Below, in pieces: positions 9,895-21,100 of a stretch of 64,000 nucleotides of DNA; within the stretch, counting starts at the first letter, position 1; the number at the start of each line of letters is the position of its first letter. Made by a program: the position numbers and the translations under genes. This DNA comes from Azolla caroliniana (taxonomy: Eukaryota > Plantae > Polypodiophyta), in NCBI GenBank assembly GCA_043228905.1, contig JBHGNT010000003.1, positions 22,134,001 through 22,198,000 on the forward strand, given 5' to 3'. A model generated the notes under the pieces. It ran no database searches, had not been told where the DNA came from, and saw only the letters and a program-made list of their open reading frames with translations.

Positions 9895-12209
9895 TAAATA
9901 ATTAGATAACTAAGGGTTAATTGGTGTTTAATTATGTGAGTAGTTAATCACGTATGTGATTAAGGAACAAAAGGTTAGATGATATATGTGTGAAAAGGTT
10001 AGATGATATATGTGTGAGAGAAAGAGAGAGAGGAAGTTACACTTATGGACAATAAGATAAAATGGGGGATGATTAACAAGAGGGTAGCTAGATAACCTTT
10101 CTATATATTTATAAGCATCAAGTTACAAAAATACCTACAATGAGGTGTAAGGGTGCACGTGTGAGGAGAATATAGGTACAAGCATGTAAGTCCTATGTTC
10201 AATGAACTCGATAGTGGAGGATCTAGAATGTATCCCCACTTAAGTACATTGTACAAGTATAAAATCCTATTTAAGGCTTTATAGTCAACACTCTAACTCG
10301 ATTCTATTTAGGTAACTACTAAGTTACATGGTTGACTAAATGACTAAACTTAGTCGAGCTTGATATCTCAACACACCCCCTCAAGCTCAAGTGTGAGGTG
10401 CCCGGCGTCTAGTATCTGATTCGATTATAGGTGTTGTCAGCTTCCATTCGTCTTCAGGGTCATATCGGCAGTTTCAGTTCCTCCCCCTCAAGCCTGTGAC
10501 GATGGCTTGGAGTGTTAAATGGTCGAAGGCCGAGTGCTTGCATCTCGTCATCCATGGCTTCCATCGCTTGGGGGTCACGAGACGCTATTGTAAAGCTTTT
10601 GGGCTCTTGTTCGGCCGCCACCTTCATCATGAAGGCATAATGATGGGCCATATACTCATTGTAGTCAAACTAAGTGACCGGGTTCCTCTCTCGAGATGGG
10701 CATCAAAGTTTTTAGTTTGCCGATGTGAGACCCTTTTTTTCTCTGGGAGTCCGCATAACGGGTACACCAAACTCACTGTCTAGTGAGCGAGCTGACACAT
10801 CCGAATCACTTTCATCGAGGTGGTCGACTTCATATTCGGGCATCTTGCCTTTGCCTTTGTCCGAGCTGGCCCCTGGTCGAGATATGCTTTTGGTGCTTGG
10901 AGGCTCTTGTGGTCTGCTTATCATGGTTGAGCTTGGACTTTCTCGTGGTACAAGTCGTGGCCGAAAGTCATCATCCGAGTTGACGTCCAACTCTTTCTTG
11001 GTCGGTTCGGATGGAGTCAAATCGGGTTCATACCACCATGATGTCGATTTGTCAAAGACTATGTCCCAACTTACACGAGCTACTCGAGTCGAAGGGTTGA
11101 AGCACTTGTATCCCTTTTGCTCAAACAAGTATCCTACGAGGATACATTTCTCTGACTTTGGGTTGAGCTTCTATCGTTTTTCATTTGGGATGTATACATA
11201 GGCAATGCTTCTGAACACCTTGAGGTGCGACAGGATCGACTTCCTTCCAACAAAGATCTCGTATGGAGTTTGCTGATGCACTCCAGTAGTGGTGCACCGA
11301 TTCAAGATATAGACGATTGTGAATGCCCCTTTGGCCCAATAGAAATGTGGCATGTGTTCCTCATGCAACATGACGCATGTTACCTCGAGTATGTGCCAAT
11401 TCTTTCTTTCGGCTACACCATTTTGTTGGGGTGTGCGTCGGCATGAAAATTCTCTCCGTATATCTTCCCTTTGGAGATAGGAGATGAATTCGTCGGAGAA
11501 ATACTCCTTCCCTCCATCCGATCGTAGGCACCGAATATGCCAACCTGTTTCTTTCTTGACTTGATTCTTGAACTTTTGGAAGTGGGGGAGCACTTCACTC
11601 TTCTTCTTCATCGCCAAGATCCACGTGTAGCGAGAGTAGTCGTCGACGAAGGTGATGTAATAATGGTATCCGCCAATCATCGGCGTTTGAGCCATCCCCC
11701 ATACATCTGAGTGGATTACGTCAAGGAGGCCTTTATTTATGTAGCTCTCCTTGGGAAAGGGAAGTCGGTGTTGTTTGTCAAGTTGACATGCTTCACACAC
11801 TCGTCGACTCGTTTCAACTCAAAGGCCAGAAATTCGATGACGACTCCCTTTGATTGCATTGCTCGACCACCTTCTGAGTTCGAGAAGAACATATGTCCTT
11901 TCGTCGTCTTGCTCTTTGTTCTAACATGATTCTCTTCAACTAATAACATGGATTGCATATTGAAGAACGAGGGAGGGTTTTCTCTCGCCAAGATTGTCGT
12001 CCTTATCGGGTCGAACCGTTGTGCAAGGCCACCCAAACATACTTGACCCATCTCGTCTTCGTCGATGTTCATGTTGATGGAGCCAAGAAAATCACAAATA
12101 CTCTTTATCTTGACAATGTAATCCGTCACGAACATGTCCTTCTGCCAAATGTTGTTCGACTCTTGTTGGAGTTTATGCTTGTGTGCGGTCATGTTGGCGC
12201 CGAATGTTG
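9895..12209 (-). mobile_element. Internally deleted Ty1/copia retrotransposon (gag fragment, integrase, PPT, partial 3' LTR) inserted into a tRNA-Leu copy
   Basis: gag-like DYIVKIKSICDFLGSI...CLGGLAQRF. Integrase CEACQLDKQHRLPF, IHSDVWG, FVDDYSRYTW, LRSDGGKEY, TPQQNGVAERKN. The PPT GAGGGGGTG is followed by an LTR start TGTTGAG at 10373. TATA-like motif at ~10102-10113. Confidence 0.9.
11171..11800 (-). pseudogene. Copia integrase core (interrupted pol)
   Basis: 209-aa ORF with rve DDE motifs. It has an upstream frameshift and a premature stop before KLNPKSEKCILVGY. Confidence 0.85.
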
Positions 12210-12280
12210 GAGTGGTTAAGGGGAACGACTTAAAATCGCTTGCACTCAAGTGTATGAGGGTTCGACCCCCCCAATCAACA
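12210..12280 (+). pseudogene. 3' part of the tRNA-Leu copy split by the copia insertion (5' part at 9867-9894)
   Basis: GAGTGGTTAAGGGGAACGACTTAAAATCGCTTGCACTCAAGTG...GGTTCGACCCCCCAATCAACA. Confidence 0.7.
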
Positions 12281-12517
12281 ATCAATGAGGAATAGGTTGG
12301 GTGCACTCAATGAGGATTGGGGAACACTTGTAATTTGAGATTGGGGTGACACATAGTGTGTGGTAATCATTTTCAATCCATTTACTTTGATTGAGTGGTT
12401 AAGGAGCGCGATTTAAGATCACTTGCACTCAACTATGTGTGGGTTCGAACCAGAAGTCAACAATCAATGGGGAATAGGTTACCTTACATGTTTCCTATAC
12501 AATGTAAGTATAGATCA

Positions 12518-12849
12518 GCAAGGTGTATAATGGGTTCCTTGGCTCTTTCCCTACAAAATATAACGAAGGATGAAGGATGTAAATGTAAGAAAATAATTGG
12601 TTAATTGAGGGGTAAGAGTACTTAATTGTGTAGGATGACTTCATAGATTACATTTTCTTTGAATAAACTATAAACAAGCAAGGCAAGGTGTATAATGGGT
12701 TCCTTGGCTCTTTCCCTACAAAATATAACGAAGGATGAAGGATGTAAATGTAAGAAAATAATTGGTTAATTGAGGGGTAAGAGTACTTAATTGTGTAGGA
12801 TGACTTCATAGATTACATTTTCTTTGAATAAACTATAAACAAGCAAGGT
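12518..12849. repeat. Near-perfect tandem duplication of a ~167-bp unit
   Basis: GCAAGGTGTATAATGGGTTCCTTGG...GAATAAACTATAAACAAGCAAGG occurs twice. Confidence 0.85.
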
Positions 12850-12987
12850 GAATAGTTGTGAGCACTAGTAACCAAAGACACTAATACATATTGGGCTCGC
12901 TTCACTTCTATTGAAATTTCACTTTCCCTATAGAACAATAGTTGATATTATTTGCACTAAAGTGTTGGTGGTTTCAAACTCGATAAT

Positions 12988-13360
12988 TGTTTAATCAAGG
13001 GATTGTGGGTTCGAGTCCCACCCGGCGTGCCATGTGTTTATGGGTGGGGGATGGAGCCAAGATTGGCTCCACCCCCCTCCCAAGGGGGTTCGAGTGTAAG
13101 AGGAGAGAGGGTGAGATGAGATGCACAGAGAGAACGAATGAGAGAGAGAGAGAGAGAAAGAGAGAGAATCGAGACAAACACAGTTTGTGGGTAACTTCAA
13201 TATTCCATATTTTCATGCCCCATGAGTGCGGATTTATATAAGATCTTTACAAAAAGCCGAATGGACGTAGGTACACCTACTTACCTCACCTAACACTCAC
13301 ACATTCACATTTCATATTCCACATTACACTTAACCCTCCCGTATACCTATACGGGTAACA
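12988..13360 (-). mobile_element. Solo-LTR-like element (TGTT...AACA) with an Arg-tRNA PBS extended to ~40 nt; 5-bp TSD ATAAT
   Basis: ATAAT at 12983-12987 and 13361-13365. The minus strand reads TGTTACCCG...CATAAACA-CA-TGGCACGCCGGGTGGGACTCGAACCCACAATCCCTTGATT-AAACA. Confidence 0.8.
12992..13032 (+). pseudogene. 3' half of tRNA-Arg(UCU) including CCA
   Basis: TAATCAAGGGATTGTGGGTTCGAGTCCCACCCGGCGTG-CCA closely resembles my recollection of the plant tRNA-Arg(UCU) 3' half (TAATCAAACGATTGTGGGTTCGAGTCCCACCGGGTGTG). Confidence 0.75.
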
Positions 13361-13753
13361 ATAATCAACCATCAACGAACAATGGGTTGTGTCATGTGTT
13401 TGTTTTCTTTGCAATAAACTATAAACAAGCAAGGTGAAGAGTTATGGGCACTTGTAATCAAGACAATTCTTGATGTTCAGAAAGACACTATGATAAAAAG
13501 CACTTTATGTTGTCCATATACAAATGTGTAGCTTATTTGCCCAAATAGTTAATTTGGCAACCTAAGATTACCTTCACTCAAATGTGCATGGGTTGCTAAG
13601 TTGCTTGAATCCACCATCTTTTGTGTCATCCAATGTAGTTGTGTCAATCTTATTCCATACAACAATTAATATGTGCCTTATATACATAAGAGAGAATGTG
13701 ATTGTTGCATTGATGTTAAGTTAGAAAAGACGGTAGCATCATTTATTAGATAT

Positions 13754-13912
13754 GCTTTGTTTGCTTTTTTAGTTTCATGTTTCCTACTCCATTGACATTG
13801 TATTTGCATGCAAAGCATAAAATGCTTTTTTAGTTGTAGCTTTGTTAGCTTTTTTAGTTTCATGTTTCTTACTCCATTGACCTTGTATTTGCATGCAAAG
13901 CATAAAATGCAT
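13754..13912. repeat. Tandem duplication of an ~85-bp unit
   Basis: GCTTTGTT(T/A)GCTTTTTTAGTTTCATGTTTC...GCATGCAAAGCATAAAATGC occurs twice. Confidence 0.8.
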
Positions 13913-14502
13913 ATGCCATGCAAAAAAAACTCATCTTGGTGTGCACATGTGATAGTATTTAGTTTGCATTGGTCAAATAATTAGTTTGCATTTTCAATTC
14001 TGTTGTTGATATTCTAAATATTTGCATGAACCCAATTCTAAATTTGTGTCATAGTGAGTAGTACGTAACTTTCTCAATTTCAATGTAAAAGACTATCAAT
14101 ATGTAGGTGGTTCAAAACAGAATACAAAACTAAGACCTATTTATCATCCAATGTCATATTTTAGAATTTAAAAGGGCATTCACCTTCTATAACTAAAATT
14201 ATCAAGCATACTGGTTATTGGCGAATCAATGATATCCACCACTTTTTATGTATCCCTTTGTTGGTTTTTCCATAATCTATTTCTTTATTAGTTTTACTAT
14301 ACACTATACCATGTGCATGTGTTATGGGTGGGTGCATAAGTGTTAGATGCATATTAGAGCAATGTTTCGAAGATCCTTTAATTAGCATAGAACAGTATAC
14401 CATTCTTTGTTATAGAGGACAAAAATCAAGCCAATTGTAGAACTATTGCTAGATGATAAGAGTAGTCTCTTTGTTATTGGGTCTAAAAGATAATTTTGGG
14501 GT

Positions 14503-17500
14503 TTAACTCTCATCGTGAAGATAAAGCCCTAATCCAAACCGTGCACATGCCCGTACAAAAGCCATTGCTTCGGCTTTTTGAGAAGGATCTCCACTCTTGA
14601 TATCTTCAGTTGAGAACGTACTAGCGGCCTCACGAAATGCCTACATTTATGTCAAAAAAGAAGCAATGAAGAAAACTCGGTGATTCAAGAGTGCCACTAT
14701 TTCAAAACATGGAAACAATTTGGCATCAGACATTTGTTGGACAGGAGTCGATGCCAATAACACCCTTCGCATTTTGGATATTTATCAGGATACTCCTTGG
14801 TTTTCAAACATTACCAGAATATCCATGTAGCATTAAGTTTTTGAAGTCCAAGGCAAGGGCATTTTTCTGGTAGTTTGTTAAAACAAATTGGCCTTCAAGT
14901 AAATATGCAAAAACATTTAGGGTGCTTTGTATTTTATCCTTGGGAGAATAATTTAGAGTTGAGAAAAGAAAAGTTACACGCATATTAGAGTCGACGGGAA
15001 CATTAACGGACATCATTAGATTTCAAAAAAAGAGACTAATTATACATACAAGAATGAAAAAAGATAAAAAAATCATATATAAGGGGTTAGAGACGAGGAA
15101 ACGAGACTAATTATACAAAATTATACACACATGATTAGAGTCAATGAGAAAAAGAAAAAAAAACCATATACACATACAAGAAAGGGTAAAAAAAATAAAA
15201 AAACTTATTATTATAACAGACCTCTCCATCAGAGCCCTTGATTGTGACACGATAAATGACCGTAACAAACCTTCCATCAGCCGAAAACGAAATACCCCTC
15301 ACTTCACCACACCATCCTATATATATATATATATATATCCATTACAAACAAAGACACATAGAAATCAGTCCTCTCAACCTCAAAGACAAGAAAAACAAAG
15401 AGGAATCATGCCTTTCATTTGTTATTTCACCTGGAGCATAGAAACTCAACATCCGATTAGCATGGTACCTATAGCATCAAAAAGAGAAAAAAAGGAATTA
15501 AAAAAGAATCATAAGAGCCAAAAAACAAACACACACCCCAAGATAGCTAATACCGTTGTTGGCATACATGAACTACAAAAACAATATCTAAAAAACTCTC
15601 ATTCACTTATTAAAACCATAGAAACTCTCCAAATTCCCCTAAATTATCGTATACTCACTTTTGATGTAGAAGCATTATACCCTAGTATTCCACCTAAGCT
15701 AGGCTTACAAGTCCTAATGTATATGATCAGCCCCCACTTTTCAACTCCTAAAACTAATCTCATCTAGATTCTATACCCTTAGTGCATTAGTATTAGAAGA
15801 TCATTTCCTTACCTTCAATAATATTGTATATCAAATAATCAAGGGCACAGCTATGGGAGTAATGTCTCTGTAGTTTATGTGTGTCTATTTTTAGCTTTCC
15901 TAGAAAATTCCCAACCTTGACCTCCCTAACTCTTCTTTTCTACAAGGTACATTCAATGTCTTTGGCCTTTGGTCTGGCGATGAGAACGACCTCCTTAGCT
16001 ATCTTGACTTCTACTCTACAAGTCCACGGGCAGCTGTATTTGTCTTACTACATCGTACTCTTCTGTTCTACAAGGTACATTGACAATGCCTTTGGCATTT
16101 GGTCTGGCAATGAGAACGACCTCCTTATTTATCTTCACTTCTACTCAACAAGCTCACAGGCAACTGTATTTGTCTTACTACATCCTCATCTTCCACAAGA
16201 CTCCCATTCCTAGATATTTACATCAACCTACGGTGTCGCATAAATGTGTGTGTGCTACTCGTGCAAGACCACAGGGGTCTTGGACCAGGGAGGACACAAA
16301 GACCAGGAAGGTGCAGACATTAGTTGACTCGATACCAATGCACTAAGGTTATAGATGAAATTAGTTTTAATAGTTGAAAAATGGGGGCTGATCATATGCC
16401 TTAGGGCTTTTAAGCCTAGCTTAGGTGGGATACTAAGCTATAAGGTTTCTACATCAAAAGTGAAAATAAGACTATTTAGGGGAGGTTGAAGACTTTCTAA
16501 GGTTTTAATAAGTGAACAAAAGTCTTTTAGATATTGTTTTTGTAAGAGTATAGGTAATAGTTGGTAGTGTGACCAGTTAGAGGTTTTTTCAAAGAGGGAA
16601 TAATTATAAGAGAATATAGGTCTAAAACTAACGGGGTTCTTGTGTGTGTGTATCCGTGTGTTTGTGTGTGTCTCTCTCTCTACATATATAAGAAATAAAA
16701 AATCAATCATATTGAGACCATAAACACACTAATAGAACTCCAAAAATAGGATGCAAATGATAAAATACCAACCATGGGATATATTTGTGATTCACCTCTC
16801 GATCCTTGAGCACTTGATCTGGCACTCTTTTGTTGAGGTCTCTGAGAATTTCGGCAAGGGGGCGTAGCATAAAAGACGACCCTGTTTCCAAAGAGACTGC
16901 AGAAGCTGCATTGGCCACTATAGCCCACCTCCTTCGGATGCCCCTATTCATCTTCAATATGGACAAACATGGCTTCTGGAAGAATAAAAGCATTGTGAAC
17001 TTTGAGGAGGAAAATCACATTTTCCATATTCATTTTCAGTAATAAAACAAGGTCCTCCATGCTTAGCACAATGTGAAAAGCATGACCTTTGTTACATCAT
17101 AGTTTAGATTCGCTTAACTTCTTTGAAAATCGTATCCTATATTCATCTATATAAATGTGTGTTTGTTGTGTATAAACACAATATGCCTTGTCAAAAGCAT
17201 TTACACATCATAGTTTAGATTCACTATACTATTGAGATTCTAATATTTTCAAGTATATATAAACATCATTTTCTAATAATGAAGCTTGTGCTTTGCAGCA
17301 TTTATGGTTGTAACTTGTGGATTTGGGCATTTGGGAAATGGTTTGACAAATTAAACTCTTTGTAATTTTCATTAGAGATCCTGGACACAATCTGCTTGCT
17401 GAGCAAAACGAAATGGTTTTTACAACATTGAAAAAAATTGACATGGCTTTCACAATAGAAAAGATGGGGGAAATAGTACCTACAGTAGATAACTAGCGTA

Positions 17501-18188
17501 AATTGTGTATAGGCCTAGGGTTACATGTGGAATTTTTGTGGCGTGAACACATCACAGTAGCTAAGGACCTAAATGTAACCACTATGGCTAGAAAACTAAA
17601 GCAGGGTTCTCTCTTGTTTTGGCCAAGGCATGCTAAAACAAGGTCTATAAATTGATGTGTGGACTTCAACAATGTTTCTGTCGATAGTCTGCATACACAA
17701 TATATAACCCACAAAGGTGTATATGCATATGTAGTTAGTTAATTAGGAATTCTTAGAAGGCATTTCAATTTAGAGGTATCCATGTTTAGAAATTACAAAC
17801 GACATGGTTACATTTAAAAGGATTTTGGAGTTTCTAACGCCATATTTTCTCTAACACATTAAAAATACATTTCTACATCCGTTAAACAGTAAATGAATAC
17901 ATCACCAGAATCACTGAAAAACAGAATATATAGACAAATAGACTGATAGATATTGGATCAATAATTCAATGTGAACAGAAAATCCTTACATGAGGGCAGA
18001 AAAAACGCATAAGCTTTAAAGCTTCTTATTTTTTTCCAATTCAGATATTTCCAATTGAGAGAGGAGATACATGCCTTTGTGAAGGAATTCCGGATAAGAG
18101 GATCTACATCACATATAAGAGAGGAATCAGATTGAGAGCAGAGCTTCGTAAGGGTCGAAGGTTGAGCTGCAAAAACCTGCGAATTCAT
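14503..18188 (-). CDS. RAD52-2: RAD52-like organellar DNA-binding protein (plant RAD52-2/ODB2 type), 5 exons
   Basis: Exons 18188-18075 (inferred first exon, GC donor), 16975-16773 (RPLAEILRDLNKRVPD...KYIPW), 15468-15431 (YHANRMLSFYAP), 15316-15222 (GWCGEVRGISFSADGRFVTVIYRVTIKGSDGE) and 14640-14503 (AFREAAS...KAEAMAFVRACARFGLGLYLHDES*). Phases are consistent and the last three introns are GT-AG. Confidence 0.9.
15574..16215 (+). mobile_element. Penelope-like (PLE) reverse transcriptase relic inside a RAD52 intron
   Basis: YLKNSHSLIKTIE...ILTFDVEALYPSIP...FLTFNNIVYQIIKGTAMG...RYIDNAFGIWSG, with stops and an internal ~130-bp duplication. Confidence 0.75.
16330..16640 (-). mobile_element. Second, inverted Penelope-like RT relic
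   Basis: NPVSFRPIFSY...QYLKDFCSLIKTLESL...IFTFDVETL*LSIPPKLGL; reverse-complement homolog of 15574-15800. Confidence 0.75.
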
Positions 18189-21100
18189 GGTGAAATAAAC
18201 GAATTTGTTTTTGGCTTTCTATATATATAGATAAGTGAGCAGAGAACACAGGGTATCGATATGCATTAAGAGAAAAACCAAAGAAAAAAAGACAGAAAGG
18301 AAAACACTGTATAGAATCGGAAGGAATTGAGTATTGATTTTCTTCGTCTTCGTCTTTCTTTATGTATCTGCATCTGCGGCTTTCGTATGTTTTTTTTGAC
18401 CTTTCAAGCAAAAGCAAGGAAAGAGAAAAGAAGAGACACATTTCTCGTGCCCTTCACATGATTTCAATTGTGTTATTACCGGATCCAAAAGCAAAAGAAA
18501 ACATCACGCTCAGATACATATATGTATCATGTATGTATGTACATACATACATAGTTCATTCCTTAGTGTCTCTCCCGCAAGACCGACCATCTTATGTCCG
18601 AGTGCCGATTGTCCACTTCTCTCATCCCGATAGACACACATAGAGCCGATTCTCCTCCTGTTTCCATTGCAGGAACACCATCTTTTTAGTCCATATTGTT
18701 TTGACACATTTCGACCAAAAGCTCCTAGCTAGACTCTGGTTCTCCTTCTGTTCACATACAGAGTGGCGGAAACACACACTCTGTTCCATATTGATTTGAC
18801 ACGTTGTGTTTGAAAGCGTTCAGTGTGGTGCAACCGCCTCTTGAGACACACAATAGCTCTCACTTCAAGTACGACATGTTTAACACGTAATCCCCCTTGC
18901 AAATGGACAACAAGGTATATCTCTTCATGGAATGTTTAATGGAAAGGGATGAGTTGTGTGTCATCACCTCCCAAAAACACATAGTTGCGTGTTTGAAGTA
19001 CAACGTGTTCTTTGTGCAATTCATGCTAGGAACATACATGAGACAGTACATAGTTCTCCATTAAGTACTACATGTGTCACTATGCAATTCACGTTATGCA
19101 TAAACCATTGAGAGGCAACGAATGCCAAGGTAATTCTAAAAAATTAGTAATGTTAAGTAAGAGGGTGATCAATGAGTTGGTTGCGAAGAGGGAAGCGCAT
19201 GCTTCTTAACTTGATAGCTAGAAATACTATTGTTAATGAAGAGGAGAACTAAGGTGGGAGGAATGTAGCAAAATATTGCTAGTGCAACCTTCCTCCGCAC
19301 CACCCATTAAGTGATGCTCTCCCACAATAAATGTATTAATGTTACCTCCAAAATATGAAAATGGCCCTTGCCTTTGCATTTACAATGTATAAATGTGCGT
19401 CCATTCTTCACTTTTAATCAATATCAATACTCTCCATTTTAGAATGCAATTTTGTTTGAGTTTTTGCGACTATATTTATCTATCTATTATTAACAATCCT
19501 ATGAACGAACACAAATACATGCATGTTAGGTTGAAGTAACCATGTGAAACCTTGCTTGCCCTTAGTGCAAGTGATACAATAAATAAACATGTGTACAAGT
19601 TGGTGTCAAATCAAATAATTGTGTGAATTGCATCATGAATGGATATACCACAGATATTATACATACGTATACCTTTTCACGCCATTCTCATTCATTTTAA
19701 GTTCAAAGTTCAAACATTGATTTTTTGAACTCGACAAATTTTTCCCACAAAAGTCTTTAGGGTTGTACATGCGTACTATACACAAACAAATGGGACATCC
19801 TTAGGCGAGATAACTCGGACCTCATTTAATTCAAGTGAAATAGAATCTTGTAGCCATACTTGTTTTGTGCAATTTAGGGTTACGACTCACAACTATGCAT
19901 TTTTTGTAAGGACATATTTTACTTTTGCCATGTTTTCATAATTTCCACACGTTCAATTCTACTATTTGCAAGAGAAGTGGTATGATCACGCCCAATTCAT
20001 GTGATTTGTTCATGCGCAACTTGACCTTAGAAGAGTGCTTTGGATTTCTCAAAAAGACGATGATGAAATCATTTGTATTTGGATAACGTTCAAAGCAAGG
20101 TCTATTAATCACATCATTACATGGTTTTTTTGTTTTATTTTTCTAAGGCAATTAAGGCGTCATGAAGGTGATTTTTTGAGTTCATGAAGGTAACTTTGTG
20201 AGCTTGCCCCTAATTATGATAATAATTAAGCTATGACATTCACAAATAGCTCTACTAACAATAAGATCATCCTCATTATCAAATAAAATAAAAGAGTTTT
20301 GCTTTTCGCAATCATGATAGTGATCCTTTTTCGTAACTATGTGTTTTTTAGTTTACTTTCTCTCCTTACATCTCTTACTCCACTTCTTCAATCAAGTCTA
20401 ATGGAATCATTCCTGAAATTTTCACAACTTTCTTTTCCAAGTCATCGAAAACCTCCTCGAGTTTATTTGTGGTTTTCCTAAAACCACTCGATATTATTAC
20501 TTCACTCCAACCTAGAGAAACCATGAGTTTTGTATCTCTTGATCTATCAACATTTTTTCCTTGTTAAGATGGAGCTTCATATCACATCATATGAGAGTTT
20601 CTTTATTTCACAACCTGGCGATTCCATTGTAGCATAGATCAATAGTGAGCTCTTCAAACATATTATCATGTTTGTTTCTTGGCATTTCATTCACCCTTTT
20701 CAATTGATTTGCGTTAGTTTTCACTCTTCATCTAGTCCTTTGTTCATATTGTGGCTTTAGGTTCATTTTATCGTATATTGTTTCTGTAGGCCGCTTGATC
20801 TTCATGTTGATCAAATTCTATATTTAAATGTTTGATATATAATCAGCTCCCGTTGAACTTTCTCCATTCTCAAGTTCAAACATATATTGTCTTCATTTCA
20901 TTGGTGTTCATGGCTTTTCTTTCTTCCTTCTTCTTCACTCTAATAAGAAGCCTAATATTTTCTCTCTAATATTGGCATACAAGGAAGGCAGGCCAAGTTT
21001 TCATCACATTGTTAAAGACATAGGGCAAACAATGATATGATACAAATCATCTTTGCAAATGCAAATATAATACTAAAACAATTTTTTTCTAGAATGCTAG

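Noticed and set aside
15144-15767. 207-aa plus-strand ORF as a gene
   Set aside because: It is a chance fusion of antisense RAD52 exons and introns with the PLE relic.
12988-16640. Hammerhead ribozyme (retrozyme or PLE-associated)
   Set aside because: I found no CTGANGA...GAAA core in a compatible fold. The CTGATGG hits at ~15226-15280 are RAD52 exon sequence.
19600-20900. Possible decayed DNA-transposon sequence
   Set aside because: No motif, TIR or TSD that I can support.
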